Shown in pieces: positions 1 to 8,907 of a stretch of DNA of 64,000 bases (positions are counted from its first letter, which is position 1; every line of letters starts with the position of its first letter). A model generated the notes under the pieces. The model saw only the letters and a list, made by a program, of their open reading frames with translations. It did no database searches and had not been told where the DNA came from. Source of the DNA: a virus. Location of the stretch: positions 1-64,000 of IMG/VR virus record IMGVR_UViG_3300012984_000568; one strand, written 5' to 3'. Position numbers and translations under genes: made by a program.

Positions 1-1167
1 ATGAGTGAGTGGGGGGTAGTGACACTTTCGAGCGAGACATGGGCTCCGTCGCGGCACTTCTCGATTCCCGTTCCACGGGCAGCGCCGGTTCGTTACACCG
101 GGCCCATGGTCCGTCTTGGCGACGTTGTCGATTTGGTGAGCGCAGGAAGTGGGCAGCGACGAGACGAACCGGTTGTCACCCCGAGCGGTGTGTCCCCACG
201 ATCGGGTGCCGTGCAGCCGCGCGCGCACGCGCCGACAGGGCCAGTCTTCAGACTGGGTCAGGGGCTACTCCCCGGGGACATCCTCGTTCCCCTGATCGGA
301 AAAGGACCGTGCGTATTGGCGGTGCCAGAGCACGCGGGCCTTGCCTTTTCTCGTGGTTTTGCGGCCGTGCGGACAAATGGGCAGCTGGCCCCAGCAGTGC
401 TTTGGGCGCTGCTCAGTTCACGTTCAGGGGTCGAGGCGAGGCATGCGCTGGACCGCGGCGCGATCGTACCGAGACTTTCAGCAGTCATGCTCACCGAGGT
501 GCTGATCCCGATGATTCCGCTCGCCGCCATTCCGTCTGTTCAACCGTTGTTGCCAAATCCTGCCGTTGACTGCAGCGGCATCGACGTGGTTGCGAGTCTT
601 TGGCGAGTTGTCTCGATGCGGACGGCTTCGAGTTGGGAGCCGACGCGACTGCTTGATCCTCTGAATGAGACCGGCAGCGTGCTGATCGCCGAACTCGGCA
701 AGGTTTGGGCAGGGCGCCTGGACGCGAGCAAGTTCAAAGAGGGGCCGTTTCCTGGCGGGACGCCCGCACTGCGGCCGAGCGACGTGGGCAGATTGATGAC
801 GCCCCGCTGGTGGGCGGAAGCTCAAAGCAGCGACGTCATCAAGCCGGAATCGATCATGGTCGGCGCGCTATCGGCGCGCGTCGCAACCTCGGAACAACCA
901 GTCGCCATCGCGCGGGACGTCCTCGTCGTCGACATTCTCACTAGACCGACCCTAAACGCCGCGGAGGTCCGGGACCGCGTCGTTGCCTACCTAAGCAGCG
1001 CACTTGGGCAACGTCGTCTCTCGCTGCAAAAAAAAGGCCTCATTCCGCGTCTGTCAAAGAAGAACTTCTTGCAAGTGAGAATTCCCGCGCCCGAGCAGCT
1101 TCCAGCGACGAGTCCCTCAGTGACGGAGCTACTCGAGACCAGCTTGGAGCGGGCGCTGTGGAGCTAA
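1..1167 (+). CDS. Type I restriction-modification specificity subunit-like protein (two TRD-like halves; may be 5'-partial)
   Basis: HsdS-like motifs VRLGDVV, LLPGDILV...G, GAIVPRLSAVMLTEVLIPMIP, with a second copy GLIPRLSKKNFLQVRIPAP. Confidence 0.65.
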   Translation: MSEWGVVTLSSETWAPSRHFSIPVPRAAPVRYTGPMVRLGDVVDLVSAGSGQRRDEPVVTPSGVSPRSGAVQPRAHAPTGPVFRLGQGLLPGDILVPLIGKGPCVLAVPEHAGLAFSRGFAAVRTNGQLAPAVLWALLSSRSGVEARHALDRGAIVPRLSAVMLTEVLIPMIPLAAIPSVQPLLPNPAVDCSGIDVVASLWRVVSMRTASSWEPTRLLDPLNETGSVLIAELGKVWAGRLDASKFKEGPFPGGTPALRPSDVGRLMTPRWWAEAQSSDVIKPESIMVGALSARVATSEQPVAIARDVLVVDILTRPTLNAAEVRDRVVAYLSSALGQRRLSLQKKGLIPRLSKKNFLQVRIPAPEQLPATSPSVTELLETSLERALWS

Positions 1168-2039
1168 CGATCGCGTACATCGACCAAACCCTGACTCCAA
1201 CCTACGGCGTGATCGGGGCGGCGTACGAACTGCTTCTGGAATCGACTGATGACGCGGTAGACGATGCGTTGGGAAAGCTGGACGCCACGCGCGCTGATTT
1301 GGCAAGAGTTGCCAGGCGTTGTCTGGACCTGCGACGCTTTGAAGCGAACGGACCGGCCGGGTTTGATGCACTTTGCGTCCTCACGTTCATTATTGGCAAT
1401 TGGGGCCGCGATTCTGGCGCGAACCGCGCGGGATTCGAGTTCGAACTGAGGCGAGAGGCGACCAAAGCCGGCGACAAGCCGCTCTATGTACCTTTCTGGG
1501 TTCCCTCGGTGGCAGGGATAAATCAGACAGACCTGCTTTTCCCAATAGTTGCGGCGAAACGAACACGCGCGCTTCGAGCGTACGAGGGCCTAGTCCACCA
1601 TTTACGATCCTTAACCGCCGACGCTTCGGAGGTTGCACTAACAGCCGTCCTGTGGCGGGTCGCCGCACTCAGCGACGGTCTGGCGCGGGACAGTGGCGGC
1701 ACAGCAGCGCGATTCAATGCGTTGCGGTTCCAAGTGGCGCAAGATCCCACAATTTCCGACCACGAGAAGCGACTCTGGAACCCGCTTACGACACGCTTCG
1801 TCCATAGCCGTGATGCGCTAACGCACATGATTTGCGAACGCGAAGGCGTCGTGCATGAGGTGTTCGAAACCGCAGTCGAATATGTCTTAGCGCAGCGTCA
1901 CGGGCTTGTCCCGGCGGCATCAGCGCTTGGGCTTGCTGTTTTGCAGGAGATTGCCGTCCACCTGTCCGACATGGATGCTCCGACCGTAGAGTGGGAACGG
2001 GTTCAGAGAGAACACCTGTGGATCGACGATCAGGCATGA
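1158..2039 (+). CDS. Hypothetical helical protein with a HEPN-like RxxxxH motif
   Basis: GTG start overlaps the upstream gene end; 293 aa; motif SRDALTH in the C-terminal half. Confidence 0.5.
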   Translation: MELTIAYIDQTLTPTYGVIGAAYELLLESTDDAVDDALGKLDATRADLARVARRCLDLRRFEANGPAGFDALCVLTFIIGNWGRDSGANRAGFEFELRREATKAGDKPLYVPFWVPSVAGINQTDLLFPIVAAKRTRALRAYEGLVHHLRSLTADASEVALTAVLWRVAALSDGLARDSGGTAARFNALRFQVAQDPTISDHEKRLWNPLTTRFVHSRDALTHMICEREGVVHEVFETAVEYVLAQRHGLVPAASALGLAVLQEIAVHLSDMDAPTVEWERVQREHLWIDDQA

Positions 2040-2067
2040 CGGTTTGGAAGCAAGGGAGAGCTCCCGC

Positions 2068-3669
2068 ATGGGATATGAGGTGACCACCGCGTGGATCCTT
2101 CCGCCCAGAGACATCACCGGCGAAGACCACCTCGCCCTGCGCGCGGTCGGTGAGGCGATCTACACTGAGCTGGTTCCCTGCGTCACCAACGTCACGGAGC
2201 GAATCCGCCACTACACCTTCTTCCCATGGTTCACTTGGAAATTCGCGCGCGAGAGGCGCGATGCTGACTACGACGAATTCGTGCGCTTGTTCCGACGGGC
2301 CGAGTGCTTGAATACCTTGATTGGCGCGCACCACGAGACCGGCGGCTCATCGGAGATGCACGGCGCAGGTCTCGCGGGAAGAGGGACGCTGCTCGATCCG
2401 CTTCGCGACCTCGGAAGTGGATCGCTCAGGCTCTCGACCTACGCAGACCCCGGGATTGACGGAGCGGAGCGTTACTTCAAAGCCCAACTCGGCGGGCTCG
2501 ATCAGTACTACCGCGGGACGCTGCAGAGCCTCGACGTCATGGGCGGCAACCGCCAGAGCGGATTGAAGGTCACCCCAAGACGCGGCGTTCGGCTCGCTGA
2601 GGCGTTCGACGCAGGGGTTCCGGGTGATCTGTTTTGGGACACCGTCGTTCGAGACGAGGTGTCCGCGAAGCGTCTCGATGAACTGTCGGCGTTCTGCCCC
2701 TGCCAGCTCGAGCATCAACAAAGAGAGGTCAGCTCCATTCTCGACGTACTATTGAATCGGGACCGAGCGGCGGACGTGCCGGACATGCGGGACGCCGTGC
2801 GGTTGGTCTGCGATTTCCTGGCGGCACAAAATACAACGGCCGAGCGCGGCGCAATCGTATGGGACTTCCGTGAGAGCGCCTATGGGGGGGTGGTTGCGGG
2901 CGGCGCGTGGATTGACCCAGCTCTTCCCAAATGGGCTGCATACCATCGTCATGAGTTGCTCAGCGTGGCGGTGCAGTCGTTGTTTTGGGCGGTATTCCGA
3001 GCGGTCGAGGACGCCGACGCCGGCGGCCAGCTTCCGGTCCTTCACTCCAGCAGCCGGGTCGCCGAATGGTTCATAGGCCGCCACGAGGCGGATCTGGGCG
3101 AGCTCGATCTCACTCGCCCAGTACTCAGCGTCTTCGAGCAGGCGATGAACGAGCTCCCGATACAGGAGGCGATCGCGGACGAGGGACATGAACTACGGCA
3201 GGCCCAACGTCTCATGGCCGAGGAAGAGATTGGGCCCGCGACTGTGGGCGCGCTCAGGCTGCTCACATCCCTGATCGCGCGAATGTCCGATGAGCCACCT
3301 TACGGAGGGTTTGGACGAGAAGAGGCGTATTTCACGGACTACCCCGTCAATCTACGAACCCTGCGCAGCTTCGCTCGCGGGAAGTGGCAATCACTCACAA
3401 TGAGGGATTGGCTGTCCTGGCTCGTGACGCACTGGTGCGTTGGTCACCACCTCCGGGTTGCGTTGCGAAAGCTGCATGCGCAAGGGATCGACACGTTCCG
3501 CCTTCGCCCAACCGAGCTTGGGCTTCAGCCGATCAGAAACATTGACGTAGGCTACGGCAATCCTCGCCTCGACGAGACCCTTCGGGCGCTCCGCGACCTA
3601 GGAATGATCAACGCACAGCACCAGCTTACGCAAGCTGGTGAGCTCCTTCGAAAGGAGCTGCATGGCTGA
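2068..3669 (+). CDS. DUF6361-like defence-associated protein
   Basis: N-terminal EDHLAL...ELVPCVTNVTERIRHYTFFPWF motif, central YFKAQLGGLDQYY, C-terminal wHTH-like LRDLGMI...LTQAGELL; GGGAGAG RBS before ATG 2068. Confidence 0.55.
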   Translation: MGYEVTTAWILPPRDITGEDHLALRAVGEAIYTELVPCVTNVTERIRHYTFFPWFTWKFARERRDADYDEFVRLFRRAECLNTLIGAHHETGGSSEMHGAGLAGRGTLLDPLRDLGSGSLRLSTYADPGIDGAERYFKAQLGGLDQYYRGTLQSLDVMGGNRQSGLKVTPRRGVRLAEAFDAGVPGDLFWDTVVRDEVSAKRLDELSAFCPCQLEHQQREVSSILDVLLNRDRAADVPDMRDAVRLVCDFLAAQNTTAERGAIVWDFRESAYGGVVAGGAWIDPALPKWAAYHRHELLSVAVQSLFWAVFRAVEDADAGGQLPVLHSSSRVAEWFIGRHEADLGELDLTRPVLSVFEQAMNELPIQEAIADEGHELRQAQRLMAEEEIGPATVGALRLLTSLIARMSDEPPYGGFGREEAYFTDYPVNLRTLRSFARGKWQSLTMRDWLSWLVTHWCVGHHLRVALRKLHAQGIDTFRLRPTELGLQPIRNIDVGYGNPRLDETLRALRDLGMINAQHQLTQAGELLRKELHG

Positions 3670-6109
3670 GGGCCTCGGCCTCCTTCAGGAGCTGAAGAAC
3701 GGAAGTTACCAGGCGGCCATCCTCGGTTCCTACAACGTCAGTTTCCCGTTCTTCGAGCAAGTGGTCCTGCGAGCGCTGCGCAGCCACGGCAGTGACCACA
3801 ACGTTCTGTTGATGGATGCTGCTCAGTGCGCAGCATGCCTCGGCGATGACGAGCTCGCACCTCGTTCTGCAGGCCGCCTCTACGCGCTCGTCCCTGTCGC
3901 TGCCCCCGGAGTCTTCCATCCCAAGTTCTTGCTGCTGCTGGGCAAGCGGCAATCGAAGCTCATCCTCGGCAGCCACAATTTGACCCTGAGCGGGTTCGGC
4001 TTGAACCGAGAGATATCCAACATGATCAGCATCCACGACCGTGAGTCGGAGGGTATCGGAAGGGCGGCCTTCGATTTCGCTCTCGCTTGGGCCGGCACGG
4101 CAGCGGGCGAGGTTGCCGAGTTGGTCGAGGCAGCACGAAACTGGGCGCCGTGGCTTGCAGGCAAGCGCGGCGCGAGCTCGGAGGTGGCCGCGCTTGGAAC
4201 CTATCCCATTGGTCCGTGCCTTTGGGACCAGCTGGAACCACTTCTGGGCAATGGCGTCTCGAGGATCACCGTGCTTGGTCCCTATTTCGACAATGGGATG
4301 CGCTTCATCACAACACTCCGAAATTATTCGGATGCGGAACTCGTGGTGGCCATTCACCCGGAACACTCGCAACTTGACCCTGTAGTGGCGAAGCGCCTAC
4401 CGGGTGTGTCATTCAAGGATCTTTCGTCCTGGCAGGGAGACCATCCCAAACGCCTCGTTCACGCAAAGGCGATCCATTTTGTGCTGAAGAACGGCGAGTC
4501 GGTGTTCGTGAGCGGCAGCGCCAACCCAAGCGCCCCGGCATGGCTTGACGCGGAGCGCCGCAACGCGGAGCTAGTGGTCGTTCGATGGCTACCCAAAGGT
4601 AACGTGCTCGCCGACCACCTCGGCATCACTTCACTGAGAGATTGCCCTGATGTCACGGAGGCTGTCTGGCAAGCAATCGATGGTCGCCGTGCCTCGGAAA
4701 CAGAGCGTGTCGATGCCAAAGGTCAACGGGCGTGGGTTGCGCTCGAGAACGAGAATGGGTTCACCGTCGAATCGAGCTTCGCTGGCCCCGACACGCCGGT
4801 CGCCGTGCTGGATGCTGAACGCGTTGAGCTCCTGCAGACCAAAGTCACTTCAACGGTCGACTCGCGCCGCATGATCGGGGCTACGGACAACGAGGTGCGC
4901 CAACTAGCAACGTACCTGGAGGTCAACGACGGGGCTGGCGTTCGTCGCGCCGTTGTTCAACACCTTCACGAACTACGTGATCGCGCGACGAGCAAGGAAC
5001 GGCGCTCCCTGCGCAAGGCGCTCATGGATCTGGATATGGCCGACGAGGGCATCGACGTCTACATGGCGGTGATCGAGAAGGCCATTTTCGACGGCGAGCC
5101 CGCGCCTCGACAGCGAGCAGGGCGAACGGGCCTGCCACAGAAGCATAGCGCCACTCCTGAAGGTTCAGTCGGTGTGGGTGAGCTCGAGAAGAGGGGTCGG
5201 AGAAGACCGCGCCTAAGCACAGGCGACGTCGGCGTCGTGCTTGACGCACTCATCCATAAACTCGGGGAAGGACTGCCCGGTGTTTCGGCCGCCGCTGCGC
5301 GCATCAGCGAGGAGCAGGTCGACGAGCACACCGAAATCGCGATTCCGCGGACCCGTGCAGAACAGCGAGCGCTAGCGCAGCGTTGCCGATTGAAAACTCG
5401 CAAGTTGATTCGACGAATGCTCAAGCGGTTGGAGCTGGCGTGGAACGAGGAAGCCGAGCCGTTCGCTGTGGCCGTGCAGTTCGTGGCCTGCCTCGGTTTG
5501 CTCCACCGCATTAGCGAACGTCAGGCCAAGTTCGAGTGGCTCCCTGCCGGAGGCGAATTGGTCGAGACCGAATGGCTGTGGAAATTGTTCAAGCGGGCTG
5601 CCGTCGTCGGGTTCGCTCCTCGCCACGGCGCTAGGACAGCGTTGGAGGCGGAGCATGGCGAGTTCTCGGAATTGGCATCCGCGGCGGCGCTGACGCTCTG
5701 GTCAGCCTGGACCACCGGGCTGGACCTGGGCACCGCCATGTCCACCCAGGCTGTCGAGGACGAAGAGCAGGAGGAGAATCTGACCGGTCTTTCCCTGCTG
5801 CTAAACTGCTTGGACCCAAACCTCATGCCCGACGATGAGGAGCTGGCGTACCTGTTCGGTGAGGACGGGCGCGCCTGGCTGGATCGGCACATGAAGTGGG
5901 CGAGCGCCATCCGGTCTTCTTCGTCGGCGAAGGGCGCCGCGAGGCCAGGCAGCGTCGTTCGCTTCCTGCTGGGCGGCGATGTCGAGCTGGGTGTCGTGGT
6001 GAAGACGCTCGATGGCAAGGTCGAAGTCATGGACAGGACGACGGGGGCGCTTCGGCGATATGATGCGAGCGCAGTAGAACGCCTGGCGCTGGAGTTGCTG
6101 CGGACATGA
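3662..6109 (+). CDS. Phospholipase D-superfamily nuclease with two HxK motifs and a long helical C-terminus
   Basis: VFHPKF...ILGSHNLT and LVHAKA...VSGSANPS; AAGGAG RBS; start overlaps the upstream gene end. Confidence 0.8.
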   Translation: MAEGLGLLQELKNGSYQAAILGSYNVSFPFFEQVVLRALRSHGSDHNVLLMDAAQCAACLGDDELAPRSAGRLYALVPVAAPGVFHPKFLLLLGKRQSKLILGSHNLTLSGFGLNREISNMISIHDRESEGIGRAAFDFALAWAGTAAGEVAELVEAARNWAPWLAGKRGASSEVAALGTYPIGPCLWDQLEPLLGNGVSRITVLGPYFDNGMRFITTLRNYSDAELVVAIHPEHSQLDPVVAKRLPGVSFKDLSSWQGDHPKRLVHAKAIHFVLKNGESVFVSGSANPSAPAWLDAERRNAELVVVRWLPKGNVLADHLGITSLRDCPDVTEAVWQAIDGRRASETERVDAKGQRAWVALENENGFTVESSFAGPDTPVAVLDAERVELLQTKVTSTVDSRRMIGATDNEVRQLATYLEVNDGAGVRRAVVQHLHELRDRATSKERRSLRKALMDLDMADEGIDVYMAVIEKAIFDGEPAPRQRAGRTGLPQKHSATPEGSVGVGELEKRGRRRPRLSTGDVGVVLDALIHKLGEGLPGVSAAAARISEEQVDEHTEIAIPRTRAEQRALAQRCRLKTRKLIRRMLKRLELAWNEEAEPFAVAVQFVACLGLLHRISERQAKFEWLPAGGELVETEWLWKLFKRAAVVGFAPRHGARTALEAEHGEFSELASAAALTLWSAWTTGLDLGTAMSTQAVEDEEQEENLTGLSLLLNCLDPNLMPDDEELAYLFGEDGRAWLDRHMKWASAIRSSSSAKGAARPGSVVRFLLGGDVELGVVVKTLDGKVEVMDRTTGALRRYDASAVERLALELLRT

Positions 6110-6348
6110 AGCGCTCCCTGACTCTTGCCCCGCCTGCGCCAATTCAGGTCAAGTCCGTGGTACGCGCGCGCCCTGAAGTTGCTGAGCTGGTTTGGACTGT
6201 ATTACGCCAATACTTCGCCGCGATGTCGGCGCCGTCGACGCGCCCTCCGTACCGAAACCGCTGCCGCGGACGGATATCGACCTGCACGCGTCAGTGTTCG
6301 ACCTCGACCGCAGCTGATGCAATGCATGTTCGCGATCCGGGCTCCACG

Positions 6349-6377
6349 AGTGGCGGGGTAGCGGGACTCAAACCCGC
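6349..6377 (-). repeat. Degenerate tRNA-like 3' end, candidate distal att site of the small element
   Basis: Minus strand GCGGG-TTTGAGT-CCCGC-TACCCCGCCAC (T-arm plus acceptor-like 3' strand), loosely similar to the core at 10094. Confidence 0.4.
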
Positions 6378-6429
6378 AAGCGGTACAAATTGCCGAAGTT
6401 GCCATGAGGCGCTGACCTTCCTTCGCGAT

Positions 6430-7155
6430 CTAGACGGTTACGGCGCGGGCCTCGTGCTCGAGCATCGGCGTCCAATTCGAAACGTAGGTCGTCCCGCCGT
6501 TCCCATCCCGCAGGGCGAAGCGGACGTGCTCCACGCCACTGCTGTGTTGGCGCTCAACGTGAGCACGCTCGCTCGCCAAGCACGCTGCGCACGCCCGCAC
6601 GCGAGGCTCCTGGCCGCAGCCCATGCACGTCACGGGTCGCACGGGATGGGTGGCTGGCGCGCTCTGGGACCGCTCTGCCGCTTGGGCGCGGAGGGAGGCA
6701 AGCTCGCCAGCAGTGATTGTAACCTCGTCACGAAAGTCGCGGTACTGGGCGACCAGGGCCTTGACGGTCGCGGGCGCCACTGCGTGGCGTTTGACGATCT
6801 CGATCGGCGTCGCTTCCGCGTCCAATTCCCTAAAAACGAGCGCGGCGATGTCACCAGCCGCACCGCCGAGCTCGGAGATTGTTGTGCGATGGCGCAGTGT
6901 CGTGATCGTGCGCTTGACCTCAGTTTCATCGAACACGTGCACGCCGTCGATCACCTGTGCGCGAAGCAAACCGGCGCGCTCGCGCCGCACCACGGTCGAT
7001 GGGCTCACGCCCATCAGCGTCGCGACCTCAGTGCGCGTCAGTCGGCGTGCAGTTGGCGCGTCACCTGTCTCGACGGTGACAACCTCGGCAACCGCCACCT
7101 CATCGTTCACGGGTTCGCTATGTGTATAGGCGTTTTCGCCTAGATCGGCGGTCAT
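6430..7155 (-). CDS. HTH DNA-binding protein (MerR/HTH_17-like N-terminus, CxxC..CxxC C-terminus)
   Basis: LTRTEVATLMGVSPSTVVRRERAGLL; CMGC...CAAC. Confidence 0.65.
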   Translation of the reverse strand: MTADLGENAYTHSEPVNDEVAVAEVVTVETGDAPTARRLTRTEVATLMGVSPSTVVRRERAGLLRAQVIDGVHVFDETEVKRTITTLRHRTTISELGGAAGDIAALVFRELDAEATPIEIVKRHAVAPATVKALVAQYRDFRDEVTITAGELASLRAQAAERSQSAPATHPVRPVTCMGCGQEPRVRACAACLASERAHVERQHSSGVEHVRFALRDGNGGTTYVSNWTPMLEHEARAVTV

Positions 7156-7276
7156 GGAAGATCCCTCTCATCGCAAAGATAGCGAGCCACGACGAAATGG
7201 CGAGCCGCTCCTGCGAAATCTTGCGGCTCAGCTGTCGGTCCTTGCCGAACGTTCGCGGAGGTGTACGGTCGTAGCC

Positions 7277-8290
7277 ATGCCCTCGCCGGCTCGAATTCGC
7301 AAAGGTTCACCGCCGTTCAACGCACCGGAGCTCGGAAGGGTTCTTGCGCGAATCGCCGAAGAGATCCGCTTGGCCGTTTGCGCGGTCGACGGTGCATTGC
7401 GAGCTGAGTTTGACACGAGCGAAGCTTCGCTCGCCGACCTTCGAAAAACGCAGCCACACGTGCAGCTTCCCAAGGTGCCGTACTGCTGCAAAGACCCCCA
7501 TATTCGCATCCGCCATGATCACGAGATGCTTTGCATCCGGTCCCCGCGCATCGCTGAAAAGCTGGACAAACTTGCGCAGGAGTTGCTCGGGCCAGATGCG
7601 CCGGGTCTCGCGATTTCTGCCTTTGATTTGAGGCCTTTTCCCAAGGCCGCTCGCCCGATCATTGACGCTCGAGCTTCATGCGAGGCGATTGTTGGTGAGG
7701 CGTGGAAGCGTGGCTATACGCCGTTCCAGGACGGTTCCGCCGACGTGATGTCTGTGGCTTGCGTGCTCACTGGGTCGCCGTGTCCCTTCGGCATAGCACT
7801 GCTCTCACTCTCGAAGATTGTAGAAACACCTACGCGGAGGGCGGTCAGGGACCTCGCTGACACGTTGTACTTTACTGGCTCGCGGCTACATTGGATCGCC
7901 GCGCGTATCGCCGACTGCGGGAATGTAGCGGGATTCGCGCAAGCGGTCGCGGGGCGTCTGCGCGAACTGCAGCCGTCACTACAAATGCTCGATGCTCAGA
8001 TCCGGGACGTATGTCTCTTTGACCCGACACCGCGTGGGCGCCGCTCGCGCGATATCGTCTTCCAAGAGGTCGTGTGCGCGTTGGCGAACGAAGGCTTCAG
8101 CGACGCGGAGATCGCGTGTCTCATCGTCGCGAACAAGGCACGGAAACCCGGTGTCTGGCGAAAGCGAATTGCCGACCACCTCGACCACGCAGCTAATCGC
8201 GGCTTTGGAATACCGCCGGTCAACCGCTTCGCCACCTCGTTTAGCCTTGGGTTTCCGTCGCATCTCGAGACCCTGAAGCAGCTCAACTGA
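7277..8290 (+). CDS. Hypothetical protein of the small integrative element (start uncertain)
   Basis: Long ORF upstream of xis-int; C-terminal PRGRR...EGFSDAEIA HTH-like segment. Confidence 0.5.
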   Translation: MPSPARIRKGSPPFNAPELGRVLARIAEEIRLAVCAVDGALRAEFDTSEASLADLRKTQPHVQLPKVPYCCKDPHIRIRHDHEMLCIRSPRIAEKLDKLAQELLGPDAPGLAISAFDLRPFPKAARPIIDARASCEAIVGEAWKRGYTPFQDGSADVMSVACVLTGSPCPFGIALLSLSKIVETPTRRAVRDLADTLYFTGSRLHWIAARIADCGNVAGFAQAVAGRLRELQPSLQMLDAQIRDVCLFDPTPRGRRSRDIVFQEVVCALANEGFSDAEIACLIVANKARKPGVWRKRIADHLDHAANRGFGIPPVNRFATSFSLGFPSHLETLKQLN

Positions 8291-8377
8291 TCAGTCGCGT
8301 GCCCCCCCATTCTGGGGTGCTACCTTGCGGACCTATCGCTCACGATGGCTTCATGCAGTTCACGAAAGGAAGCCATC

Positions 8378-8638
8378 ATGCCGAGTCCGTATCTGCTACT
8401 GCAGGAAATTGCCGAAGAAACGCGGACGCCTCTGAGCACCGTCCGACACTGGATCGCAACCGGGAGGCTGCCGAGCGTGCGGCCCGGGCGGCGCCGACTG
8501 GTCAGACGCGCGGACCTTGACGCGTTCCTGGCCCCGCCCGCCAACGACACAGTTGCCGACTCGGGTGCGGCGGTCCCGAGCGAGCTCGACCGCCAGCGTG
8601 CTTCGAAGGCATGTCGCCGCTTGGGGCTGCAGCCATGA
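8378..8638 (+). CDS. Excisionase-family HTH_17 protein
   Basis: YLLLQEIAEETRTPLSTVRHWIATGRLPSVRPGRRRLVRRADLDAFL; AAGGA RBS. Confidence 0.85.
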   Translation: MPSPYLLLQEIAEETRTPLSTVRHWIATGRLPSVRPGRRRLVRRADLDAFLAPPANDTVADSGAAVPSELDRQRASKACRRLGLQP

Positions 8639-8907
8639 ACCACGAGCAGCCGATTCACGCCTCCGAGGTACGCCAAATGCTGCGCGACGGCACGCTGATT
8701 ACCCGTGCCTCAGCTGAAGGGGCGCACGACATGGAACACGACGAAGTCCTTACCCTTCGTGATGTAGCAAGGTTGCTGCACTTCGAGCGACACACCATCA
8801 AAAAGCTGCTCGATCTCGGACTTCCGTCCCATCGCGTGGGTTCGATGCGCCGGTTTTTGCGCTCTGAGGTGCTTGTCTGGCTGAAGGCTCAGAAGGAGAC
8901 CAAGTAA
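8635..8907 (+). CDS. Excisionase-family HTH_17 protein
   Basis: EVLTLRDVARLLHFERHTIKKLLDLGLPSHRVGSMRRFLRSEV; coupled to int (TAATG). Confidence 0.8.
   Translation: MNHEQPIHASEVRQMLRDGTLITRASAEGAHDMEHDEVLTLRDVARLLHFERHTIKKLLDLGLPSHRVGSMRRFLRSEVLVWLKAQKETK

Noticed and set aside
6106-7143. 345 aa plus-strand ORF after the PLD gene
   Set aside because: Mostly antisense to the HTH gene and crosses the candidate element boundary; no recognisable motifs. Only the first ~40-70 codons could be a remnant.
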